Assembly: GCA_051294375.1 (NCBI GenBank)
Contig: CM119271.1
Span: forward strand, 4,014,862-4,078,861
Direction of reading: 5' to 3'
Length of the DNA stretch: 64,000 bases
Source of the DNA: Paraspadella gotoi
Taxonomy: Eukaryota > Animalia > Chaetognatha
Shown here: in pieces, positions 1 to 9,866 of the stretch
Layout of the letters: each line of letters starts with the position of its first letter
Position numbering within the stretch: the first letter of the stretch is position 1
Translations under genes and position numbers: made by a program
Notes under the pieces: model-generated
The model's input: only the letters and a program-made list of their open reading frames with translations
Databases searched by the model: none
Told to the model about the DNA's origin: nothing

Positions 1-272
1 ACTACATATTATTAAAATGACAAACACTGCGACACAATTGAGCCTAATAGTTGTCTCTTGAATATTTTTATATACTAATTTGAAAATTATATTAATTTGA
101 ATTTAATAATTTAACGACCCAAATCAACCGAATTATTTTAGAAGACCACACAATATGATGAAACAAGTAATCAAGTAATTGAGGCGGTGTGAATTCACAT
201 TCACATTCATTTAACTTTCCTCCAGCTATCACTCCACAATTGCTTATCTAGAAACAGCGTCAATCCACCCAC

Positions 273-440
273 CCTCCCCTCTTCGGCACCTCCAACCTCC
301 TGCACCTGTAACCGCCTGAGTTCGTCGTCCTTCGCCTCCAACTCTCTCGACAGGTGCGCGAGACGCCGCCGGAACTCGGCCTTGACGCGACGCAGCCTGT
401 CCACCTCTTGTTCGCATCTTGGTGACTTTTGCTTTGGCAT
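273..440 (-). CDS. Exon of an unidentified coiled-coil host protein (downstream exon)
   Basis: Minus-strand acceptor ...aaatttcccccaag|ATGCC at 441-442. Removing one base gives DAKAKVTKMEQEVDRLRRVKAEFRRRLAHLSRELEAKDDELRRLQVQEVGGAEEGR, a heptad-like helix. Candidate donor GT at 271-272. GC-rich island in an AT-rich background. Product not identified. Confidence 0.6.
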
Positions 441-597
441 CTTGGGGGAAATTTGAGGGGCGGAGGTGGGGGTGGAGGAAGAGGAGGTGGGTGGGACGGG
501 GGGCGAGGGAATCTTTGGAAGGGGCTGAGGAGGGGAGGAAATTGGGGGTTTGAGATAAAGATTAGTGATGGTATAAAAGTTGGAGAGATCATTGTGG

Positions 598-639
<42 letters not shown>

Positions 640-942
640 GAGAGAGAGAGATAAAGACAGAGAGAGAGAGAATAGACAATATTGATTAATCGCGAATTAA
701 GGCAACTTAAAAATATTTACAAATTTAATTTGCTTTGAATCTCAACTAGGAAACAAAAGTGTGTCTCACATCTCACTCATTAAATGCTGATTTACTGCTG
801 ATTTACTCAAAATATCTCATTGATCGGTTAAACAAACATCATTAAACCTCTCCAACGGACAGTTCACACGGATTTTTTTTTTTGGTATTTTCCAACCAAC
901 AAGAAAAGAGAGTAATAGAAGCGTCAACTCCGACACGCCCAC

Positions 943-1168
943 CTATTCCTGTCTCCGCACCGTCACCCGCGCCGCTCGACGATCCGCCGCCCGCGGCCGC
1001 AACAGCCGCAGCCGCCGCCGCCGCCACGGCCTCGCCCTTCTGGGGCTGTAGAGCATCTCTCTGAGGCCCCTGACCGACGCGGTCCCGGTGCCGCTTCTCC
1101 GCGTCGAGGCTGCGGCAGCAGCGGTTCAGCTTCGCAGCCTCCACCTTCAGCTTCCGGAGGCTTTCCCA
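943..1168 (-). CDS. Exon of the same coiled-coil host protein
   Basis: Strong minus-strand acceptor (cctttctttgtccttcccatatttttcttcag|TGG at 1169-1170) and donor ag|GTGGGC at 941-942. Open frame WESLRKLKVEAAKLNRCCRSLDAEKRHRDRV...AAAAAAAVAAAGGG...ETGI. Ends in phase 1, which fits G|AT (Asp) at the next exon. Confidence 0.65.
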
Positions 1169-1519
1169 CTGAAGAAAAATATGGGAAGGACAAAGAAAGG
1201 CTTGTAAGAAATTTATTGTTAATAATTGTTATTATATTTATGAATGTTGTAAACCGATGCTAGTGTGTTCTGTTGTTAAAATTTATATAAAATTAATTTA
1301 ATATAGGATTAAAAAAGTCGAATTTGGGTTTCAAGTGCCAGTTTTTTTTTATTGAAAACTAATATTTAGATCTTATTTGTCAGATCATCGTTCAGGGTAG
1401 TTTTACTAAATTCGACGTTTTTAATCAATATTTAAACTGTGCACGCGATGACTCTACAAACTAATTTTACATACATGAATATGACCAGTACAAAAATATT
1501 CATTCAATAAACAAGCTCT

Positions 1520-1803
1520 TGTAGGAAGACGAAAAAATGTAATAAATAAATATGAAGAGAGAGTGAAGAATTGTGACGTTGTAAGAGAAGTAGAAAAGAA
1601 GTGAGTCTAGCTCTCTCCTGATCCACTTTTATCATCGCCCGGACCAAACTTGAACCTTACGGTCGCCTCGGCCCTATTACTGTGTCCGGTCAATCTAAGG
1701 TCATTGCCAAAGCTAGGACAAAGTGACCGTGTGGAATAGACCGGCTCGAAGAAAGAGGAGAGAGGAAGGGTTTAGAGAGAGAGACCTGTGGTAAGTCGCC
1801 TCA
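1520..1803 (-). repeat. 3' LTR (~284 bp)
   Basis: Minus strand starts TGAGGCGACTTACCACAGG and ends GTCTTCCTACA. It is a near-identical reverse complement of 16035-16321 and lies directly after the PPT. Confidence 0.92.
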
Positions 1804-1816
1804 TCCCCCCCTCAAG
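1804..1816 (-). other. Polypurine tract (PPT)
   Basis: + strand tcccccc-ctcaag, i.e. a G-run on the minus strand directly abutting the TG start of the 3' LTR. Confidence 0.85.
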
Positions 1817-2317
1817 TTCGGACCTTAGGGGTTCGAACTGACCCTATTTACAGTTGAGGTTGACTTGTACTACTAGTTAAGGAACAAAGTACTTTACAAT
1901 ATTGTTTCTCCTTGGGGAAAATTTGGGCAAACAATAAGGTCGAGGAGAACAATTGGGGGACCCACTAAAAAAGGGGTTTGTCTTCTACAATAAATATTTA
2001 CATATATCTCTTCTCAAAAAAAATATTTTGGGAAGAATTTTACAAAAAAGAAGTAGGGAGATAGGAAAAATGATTTGTTTGGTCAAAGTGTTATGATGAT
2101 TGCTTGCTATTAGGCAAGCTTGATTAAATCATAAAAATAAACCAGCTGTTGATGATTTTGTTTTTGATGATTACTTGCTGTTAGGCAAGTTGTGATTAAT
2201 CGTAACAGTGACCCAACTGGTGATGATTTGGTGATAGTGCTGATAACGGTTATCTAATAATCACGGATCTCGCGAATGACTGATAGTTAGATCTTAGACA
2301 TCTAATACAATATATAT

Positions 2318-3680
2318 CTATTCCTTCAGAACCCAGACGATGGTATTGTCTGCACGTGGCTTGTCTTTGAGGTTGAAGTCGTGTTGGTTGTTGAGTGGAT
2401 CGTTGTCGTGATGGCCGTTGTTGCTGTTGCTGTGGAGGTTCTTGTTGAAGTTGCTGTTGAGGTTGGGCCGCCTGAGGATATAAATGTTGGGAATGAGTGG
2501 AGTCGGCCGCTGGGCTGACTCTTGTTCTATTATTTGTTTGACCCTCCCCCTAGGAAACGACTCGCCTGTTGCTGCTGGTGGTCCGTCCTCTTCGTGGGGC
2601 TGCTGGAGGTGTTGGTTGGACATCCGGTTCTGTTGTTGCTGGCTTGATCCTGTCGATGGATATCTTCTCTTGTCCTCGGCCGGGGATGTCCACTGTGAAG
2701 GTCTTGTCATCTCTTGAGACTACTTTGTAAGGCCCAAGTAGGGCGTAGCTAGCGAGTGACCCTGTTGGCCGCGGAGCACAAAAACCCAGTTTGCTGAGGC
2801 AAGACCTGTGAGGAAGATGAACAGGTGGGTTTTGAGTGCCAACTAGGAACTACTGGTCTCAGCAATGCAACGTCGTGTCTCAAGTTTTGCAGCTTCATTT
2901 TGGCATTTGCTCTTGTTGGCTGTGTACCTATTACCAGTTCGCCTGGGATTGCTATTGTATCTCCGAATACAAGTTCTGCTGGTGATGCTTGTAGGTCTTC
3001 TTTTGGTGCGGACCTGAGTCCTAATAAGACCCAGGGTAGTTGATTGAACCAATTTGCGCCGGACGCATCACAACGCGCTTTCAATGATGCCTTCATGGTA
3101 CGGTGAAACCGTTCGACCATCCCGTTCGCCTGCGGGTGGTAAGCTGTTGGTGGTGTTGAGCTTGTAGCCTATAGCTTGGCTCAGCTGATGCCACAATCAG
3201 AAGTGAATTGTGTTCCACGGTCGGAAGTGACGTGGCTGTACACCGAATCTGGCGATCCAGTTCTGAGGAAGGCTGTTGCTACAGTTACTGCGGAGAATCC
3301 CGAAGGGATATGCTTCAGGCCAGCGAGAAAAACGGTCTACACAGGTTAAAAGGTACGTGTAACCGCCTGAGGTGGGCAAGGGACCCACCAAGTCAATGTG
3401 AATGTGTTCGAAACGCCTCGATTGGTGCTTCGAAAGGTTGTAGTGGAGCCTGGGTGTGTCGTTTACTTGCTGCGCTGGCAGTCAAGGCAAGCCTGAGCCC
3501 ATTTTGCCACGTCTGACGCGGCTTTTGGCCAAACAAATCTCTTGTTACCAGCTTTTTTGTGCATCTGACGCTCGGGTGAGCTAGGTGTGGATGGCATCAT
3601 AAACTCGACGGCGCCAAGTTGTGGAACCAAGGGGCGCGCCCTGCCTGAAACTGACATCACAGATGATGTCAAAGTCGTTC
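2318..3680 (-). CDS. pol: Retrotransposon integrase with C-terminal tail (frameshifted in this sequence)
   Basis: Zn-binding part RFVWP...WAQACLDCQRSK; core VGPLPTSGGYTYLLTCVDRFSRWPEAYP, GMVERFHRTMKASLKAR, LPWVLLGLRSAPKEDLQASPAELVFG; GPY/F motif PYLGPYKV (needs a 1-nt indel correction) and ISIDRIKPA; then a Pro/Gln-rich tail. Confidence 0.9.
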
Positions 3681-3879
3681 AGGCGAACTATCTTGAATCG
3701 CAGGCTGGTGTGGCGTCCGCCAGGAGTCGCTGGATCTCCTCGTCGGAACTCTGGTCACCGGCTAAAGCGGCAAAATCGACGCCTTGGGGCCAACTGCGTT
3801 GACCGTTGCGACCAAAGAGGGCATTTCTGAAGGTCCTGATAATCCTTCAGGTTCTGGGCCACTGCTTGCTGGGCTGATG

Positions 3880-4330
3880 ATTCTTGATAGTGTGTCCGCT
3901 ACCACGTTGGCCTTGCCCTCAATGTATCGGATGTCTGTTTGTGTATTCGGAGATGGCAGATAATTGATATGTTTGACGCATTGAGTGTGGCTCAGATTTC
4001 TTGCGTATGGCGGGAACTAGGCTGTTCTGGTCAGAGAACAGAACGAAGTAGCGCCCTTCCAGGAAGGCCTGAGTGCCGGACTGAGCGGTGTGCGGCAAGG
4101 AGTTCCCCGTCGAAAGGGGCCATTTTGTCTGGTTCTGAGCTAGCGGGGCTGAGAAAAAGCCTAAGGGTTGCCATTGACCACCAATCTTCTGCCTCCAGGA
4201 CGCCGCCGATGGCCGTCAGTGACGCATCGACGGTCAGGGCCAGAGGTGCCCCGTCCACAGGGTGGACAAGCATAGTTGCATTTGCTAGAGCTTCTTTCGA
4301 CTTGTTGAAGGCTCGAGTCATTTCCTCGGT
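3880..4330 (-). CDS. pol: Retrotransposon RNase H (frameshifted)
   Basis: LANATMLVHPVDGAPLALTVDASLTAIGGVLE, FDGELLAAHRSVRH, and IRYIEGKANVVADTLSR at ~3885-3935. Confidence 0.88.
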
Positions 4331-4356
4331 CCATTTAAGGACTCGGGGGTTACCTT

Positions 4357-5220
4357 TTAAGGCTTGGTAAATGGTGTAAGGACTTCGGCGATATGTGGAA
4401 TGAAACGCCGGTAGTAGTTGAGCATGCCCAAGTATCTTTGAACCTCTTTGACTGATGTTGGCTGGGGGAATTGCTTGATGTGTTCAACTTTTGTGTCCAA
4501 TGGCCTGACGCCTGTTGCGTCTACCTGGTAACCGAGAAAAGTCGAGTGATGGTACGCCCAGTACACATTTTGCCCTGTTTCACTACTAAACCATTTGCTT
4601 GCAGGGTGTCAAACAGTAGTGTGAGATCTTGCATGTGTTCTTCTTCATTGTTTGAGGCGACCAGGATGTCATCTAGATATACAAAGATGTGTGTACATCT
4701 TTGAGGGCTTCATCCATCAATCCTTTGAAAATCGGGACCTGCATTCTTGAGGCCAAATGGGTGAACGGGAATTCCACGAGCCAAAAGGAGTTATGACGGC
4801 TGTTTTTGCAAATATCCTGCTCTGCTACAGTACTTGATGGTAGCCTTTACAAAGGTCTACTTTTGAAAAAATTGTTTTGCCTGCGACATGTGCATTGAAA
4901 TCCATCAAATTTGATGGGGTAGCGGTTGTCTTTTGTGACTGCGTTGAGGCGCCTGTAGTCGCCGCAACATCTGAGTGAGCCGTCTGGTTTTTTCACCACA
5001 TGTAGTGGTGATGCCCAAGCACTCTTGCTCTTCCTTATAATGCCCAGCTTCTCCATTTTTGCAAATTCTTCTTTGGCTGCTTTGAGTTTGTCAGGCGCAA
5101 GTCGGCGTGCTTGGGAATGGACAGGCGGACCCTCGGTTGGAATGTGGTGTTCACACCATGCTTGGTCTTCGAAGGGTCAAATCTGAGTTGTGTGAGTTCT
5201 GGGCGTTCGTCAATCATTTG
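4357..5220 (-). CDS. pol: Retrotransposon reverse transcriptase (frameshifted)
   Basis: MEKLGIIRKSKSAWASPLHVVKKPDGSLRCCGDYRRLNAVTKDNRYPI, PFGLKNA, catalytic YLDD (YLDDILVAS, 4668-4679), FLGYQV, YLGMLNYYRRFIPH. Confidence 0.93.
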
Positions 5221-5329
5221 AAATAGGCATTATTGACTGTATTGACTCTGAAAGGCCTGTCCAGATAAGATTGCCTGTGATTGTTGAAAAATCGTCAAGA
5301 TCGACGAGTAGGCCGAGCTTGTGGTCGGC

Positions 5330-5625
5330 GGCTAAATGATGCTCCATCAGAAAATTCAGCTCCAAGGATAGGGGTCGTAACGTCAGCAAGTACGGTGTTA
5401 GTGTGTATGTTGCGTCTTCCTAGTCTGATAGTGATTTGTTTGGTGCCGTAGGAAGAGATTGAAGACCCGGTTTGCGCAGCATGAAGTTGAGGCGCCGGAG
5501 CCACCGCGGAGCTTTTCTGATGGAGAAGGTGCCATCAAAAGTGACGCTTGCACCACCGTCCACAAGCCATGTCATATTGTTGATGTTGTCATACACGTGC
5601 AGTAAGGGTTCTATACTACCAGCAG
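5330..5625 (-). CDS. pol: Retrotransposon aspartic protease (frameshifted)
   Basis: LLHVYDNINNMTWLVDGGASV (active-site position), LHAA..G..ISSYG, VLADVTTPILGAEF, typical of CsRn1-type proteases. Confidence 0.8.
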
Positions 5626-5649
5626 CGGCGTTTACTGCCTCCGGCTGCT

Positions 5650-7100
5650 GGCTCGGCCGTTTCCGCCGCTTGCATCCTGGGTAGCATTGAATGCTCGTCT
5701 CCAAATGTCCTGTGATAGGAAACAGAGTCGTTGACGAGGTCAGGAGAGGAATTAAAGCATTGAGGCTGGTCGATGGTGAATGTGGTGTTGTTGGGGAAAC
5801 GGCGCTGCTGATTGTTGCTTGTTCTTCCGGTAGTTAGGGCGTGCTGGCTGCCTGGGGCGTAGTTGGCCACGCGCGGAGGGTCGCGGCACACACGTGGCGT
5901 ACGTGCGTGGAGCCTTATCTTCTGTGGAAGATGTATCATCCGCCAATTCGGGCGCATAATCCTCTTCTCCGAGTCCGATAGGTTCGTCCTCGAAGATGCC
6001 CCATCTGTTGGAGGTGTCGACGTAATTGACGACTTTTCCAACTGGTTTTGAGACGATCTGAAGATCGCCTTGGGCGGAATAAAATGCGTCGGCCTTTTTG
6101 GCGATCGCCTCCGGCGTCTCGTCCCCGTCACTAACTACCCTTCCAGCCACATGGGCCGGGAGGACCTCGGCAAGGATCGCGTTGAGGATGTGGTCGATCT
6201 TGAGGGATTCGACCTCTGCACGCAGTGCGGCCACAAACTGCGAGGGAGTGCGTCCTTGGAGGGAGTGATGTTCCTAGGAGCCTTTGCGCCTTTTGCCGGG
6301 GCTTTTCGGCAAAACAACTCGTTAAAGCTGTTTTTCAGAGTTTGTAACAGCCGGACACAGGGTGATCATCGGTATAAAACCTCGATCAGTACCTGATGCT
6401 CCTGCGGAATCGCACTGAGAAGGTAAAGCTTTTTGAGTTGTTCGTCATGAACTGAAGCGAGGCGGAAACTCCCCTCGACTGCAGCAAGCCAGGCTCGGAT
6501 GTTGCTGACATCGAAAGGCGGCAACTTTGGCGTCTTCGAACGGCTGGTGGCTTGCGTCTCCAGATCCATCGGGGGTTGCGTGAGGGAGGAGGCTCCCATC
6601 GCGCTGACGTCTCCTGGATGAGCTTGACCTGCATAATGACACATACGTTGGCCAATGGTACCTGTCGCCTTGCTGGTGCTTCCTGTAGTGACCGCTGAGC
6701 TTTCCACTAGCTTTTGGATCTCTCTCGTGAGGTGTTGGATAGAGCTTATGATGTTTTCATTTACTCTGCTTGTTTTGCTTCCACATCCTTGATCCGGTTG
6801 GTTGAACGACATCAATACCCGCTTGATGACCCTTGTGCGGTCGCACTTGAATCCGACATTGGGTCGAGGCGGTGTGGCCAGGGCTTTGGGCCTGGTCTGT
6901 GCCGGGTCGCGCGCGGGGTCTGAAAAAGCGGCGTTGTCGAACTGCTCTGGTGATGGTGGCGCTGATGAAACCGGGGTGGCGGTGGAGATGGTGATAGCGG
7001 GTGGTGGGGTGGCGTCCTCCATACGGCGTCGCTTGAGGTCCCTGCAGAGGTGAGGTCGAGGCGCGGCGTCCTCCACGTTTCTCCTTGGTTACGATGAGTG
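5650..7100 (-). CDS. gag: Retrotransposon Gag (frameshifted)
   Basis: KLPPFDVSNIRAWLAAVEGSFRLASVHDEQLKKLYLLSAIP N-terminal gag motif, IAKKADAFY, and the C-terminal CHCC knuckle (C)xYHRTFGD...QCYPGC at ~5670-5725 split across frames. Confidence 0.82.
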
Positions 7101-8569
7101 CTCACATAATTACCAATTGATGTTTCGCGATGACATGATTGTTTCTATCCATATAGACGAAGATATGAAGGAGTTTTTTCGACCTGGACGACCTCTTCTT
7201 CAAAATTCCGCGGTGAACCAGCCAAAGTACAGTGTAGTGTTTGTGTGTGGAATATATGTCTCGTGTGTCTAATAATTCTTAGCTCATCTTCTATAAGATA
7301 ATATTATTTTTTTTCTTTATTATTATTCCTTATCCTTCCTGTCGTGTTTCTCTGAATTCTAGCTATATAGTACTATTATATTTACATCAATTTTTCTATT
7401 TCTCATATATAGTCGACAAACTAATTCCTGTAATATAGTGACACTTTTCTGTTTATCGCTTTTTTTCCATTCTCCCCTCAGATATAGCTCAAATTTTTTT
7501 TACCTCATGAAGCCTCATAGTACTCTCGGATTCCAAGCTAGTGTCTATTTAATTATCTCTATGAACCAGAATACTGTGTTTTATATTTTACGGGCGTGCT
7601 CGTGGAAATAGTGGCTGTTTAGCTTTCCAACCGAGATGCCTTTACAACTAGTGAGGGGTGGCGGGACCAATGTAAAATAGAAAAAAAACGCAGATTGAGC
7701 GAGACGTTGTCTATTCCTCTCAGGCAGAAAAAATTTAACACGTGCATAATGCTTAAGTTCTAATGACGGGACAAGAAAAGAAACATCTTCAATACGGATT
7801 TCTCTTTTCTAGTAGTTCTCGAAATATACTGTAAGTTAGTTCCTAATCTTTTTAATTATTTTTCCCGAATTATAAATAGTCGCGTATAATTTAGTCTCTT
7901 GTTAGTTCCCGTAAAAAGCGAGCTCGCTTTCGAGATCCAGAATCGCAATTCGGTCCTTTTTTATTCGGAGTCGGGTAGATTTTTCGTCTTGCTCGGTAAT
8001 CGGACTGTTACGCATGCGTCTCTTCATGTTACTCTCTCTCGATACTCTCTCCTCTCAACTCTACATATCATCTATCTCTCCATATACTCTGGTTCTCTCT
8101 CTCTCGTCTACATCGTCTCTCTCTCTAATCACAACATCTACTCGATACGTTACTCTCTTTGCATAGTCTGACTCTCTGACCTGGGCTGATCCAGTGAATG
8201 CCTCGAAGTCCACGCTGAGACGTGTTTCACTAAATACTGAATATATATCGCAAAATCTGCGCGTAATGGAAAATATATATCGTGTTCCATATTCTTTAGA
8301 ACGGATACGCTAATTCTCGAGTCTACCACTGAGAGAATGTGCGCGAACACTATTCGGTTCCTCGAGGCGACTTCCGTTTAAGTTTACGAATACTGCTATC
8401 GCAGGGCGTAGTTATTGCACTCGCTGAGAGCATACGCGCACGTGAATGAGACCGCCTGGAGCCGTCGAGCTCGTCTTGCTCTGAGCTGGAACTATACGCG
8501 CGTCTGCTGTATGATGCGAATCTGTCCAAACCGATGTAGGAGTAAAAATAAGTCGTCGGATTGCCACAT

Positions 8570-9196
8570 AAGGAAAGTATGCCATCCAGACTCGAATCAG
8601 TACATAGATCTCATTACTTACAGAACAACCAGAAAGGAAAGAGTGAGATGCATGGAAAGAAGGTAGGAGGTTAGCGTGTGGTGTCTGTTAGGTGCGGTGG
8701 GTGTTGAGGTGGGTTACAGGTTTAAAATCATCGGCTTTCAATGTAAGATTAATGACTCGAAAAAAATATAAAAAAAATGTACATTAACTCATTAAAATAG
8801 ACTAGATGTTACCGAGTATTTTGTATTGAACTCTTCTGTGAGGCGGTGTTCTTCAGTGCGTTCTCCCCAATATAGCCAGTAGTAAAGAAGGTGTCAGAGT
8901 ATGACTAGTTACATCTGCGTCAACGATCATGATTGCACACTAAAATAACTATTCAGCCCACTAGGTGACAACAGCATAGCCCGTCCACCCGGTTCGCCTC
9001 GGGCTTCCTATTTTATCTTGTGTCCTCTGTCAACTCTAGAGTGTCGATGCCAAGAGGGCATGAGGAACAAAATGAAAACCGATTGATGAAATAGAAACCC
9101 GGCTCAAGAAGAAGAAGGAGAGAGAGAGGAAGAGGGTTTAGAGAGAGACCGGAGAGACGAGGTAGAGAGAGGAAGAAGTGTGGTAAGTTCGCCTCA
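8570..9196 (-). repeat. 5' LTR, very noisy copy
   Basis: 9095-9196 (ccggctcaagaagaag...gggtttagagagagacc...tggtaagttcgcctca) matches 1741-1803. The rest is insertion-riddled, so the inner boundary is approximate. Confidence 0.65.
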
Positions 9197-9530
9197 CTCT
9201 CCTGACGGCCCGAGTAATATAGTGGGTTAATATGCTTTATTCATCTCGCTTGGACTAAAACATTTCATAGTCTAAACTCGTGAACGGCTTTTAATAAACT
9301 CTCCTACATCTAGTTCATTTACACTTATAGGATTGTGAAATAATTCTAAATCTGAAGGAAAGGAATTTCTCTTTCATCTTAAATGCGGTCTCTCTCCGGT
9401 AAAACTGTTCCTTAATCACGAAAACAAGAAATTTTGCATGGGACATTGAGCATATTGTTGGAAAAATCATGGTGGGATTAATAAGACGATGTTCATTGAA
9501 TGTAGGTGATTTTAAGAAAGACTAATTTAC

Positions 9531-9866
9531 CTGCAGGAGAGTTCGGCACAACTGGCGAGCTACCAAATCGCTCACGATGATGAGTAGTCACGAGTTCTGG
9601 TGTTCTGCCCTTCGGCGCGGTTGTACTACTGTGCGTCTAAGATAACATTCTCTTGGTTAGTCTAACTCTCTATATGTTATTCATAAATGATCTCTCTTAC
9701 ATGAATCTGATCCTGACTGGACCTCTGTATATTCCTCTTTTAGTTCGACACTAACACGCGTACCAGCGCGACTTCTCGCTGATCGAGAAAACGTACATCC
9801 CGACACCATTTGACACGTGCAACTGTGAGGAGCAACCACGAGCCAGTCTCTTCTGTCTTTTTCCCT
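9531..9866 (-). CDS. Noisy copy of the upstream exon of the coiled-coil host gene
   Basis: Mirror of 15552-15739: donor context actaatttac|ctgc (~9530), ccaaatcgctca, and acceptor context ctggaaaataaaaaacc (~9866). Sequence is too noisy to translate. Confidence 0.45.

Larger units (their letters stand above)
1520..9196 (-). mobile_element. Full-length Ty3/Gypsy LTR retrotransposon, CsRn1/Kabuki/Boudicca-like
   Basis: LTRs at both ends (TGAGGCG...CTACA on minus), 4-bp TSD CTCT at 1516-1519 and 9197-9200, PPT, gag with CHCC motif, then PR-RT-RNaseH-IN (Gypsy order). tRNA-Trp PBS is readable in the mirrored copy. The many indels are probably sequencing error. Confidence 0.93.

Noticed and set aside
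2318-2710. env-like or extra ORF3 in the retrotransposon
   Set aside because: It overlaps the integrase C-terminus (DDKTFTV..ISIDRIKPA) in another frame and has no signal peptide or transmembrane segment. Best read as a frameshifted Pol tail.
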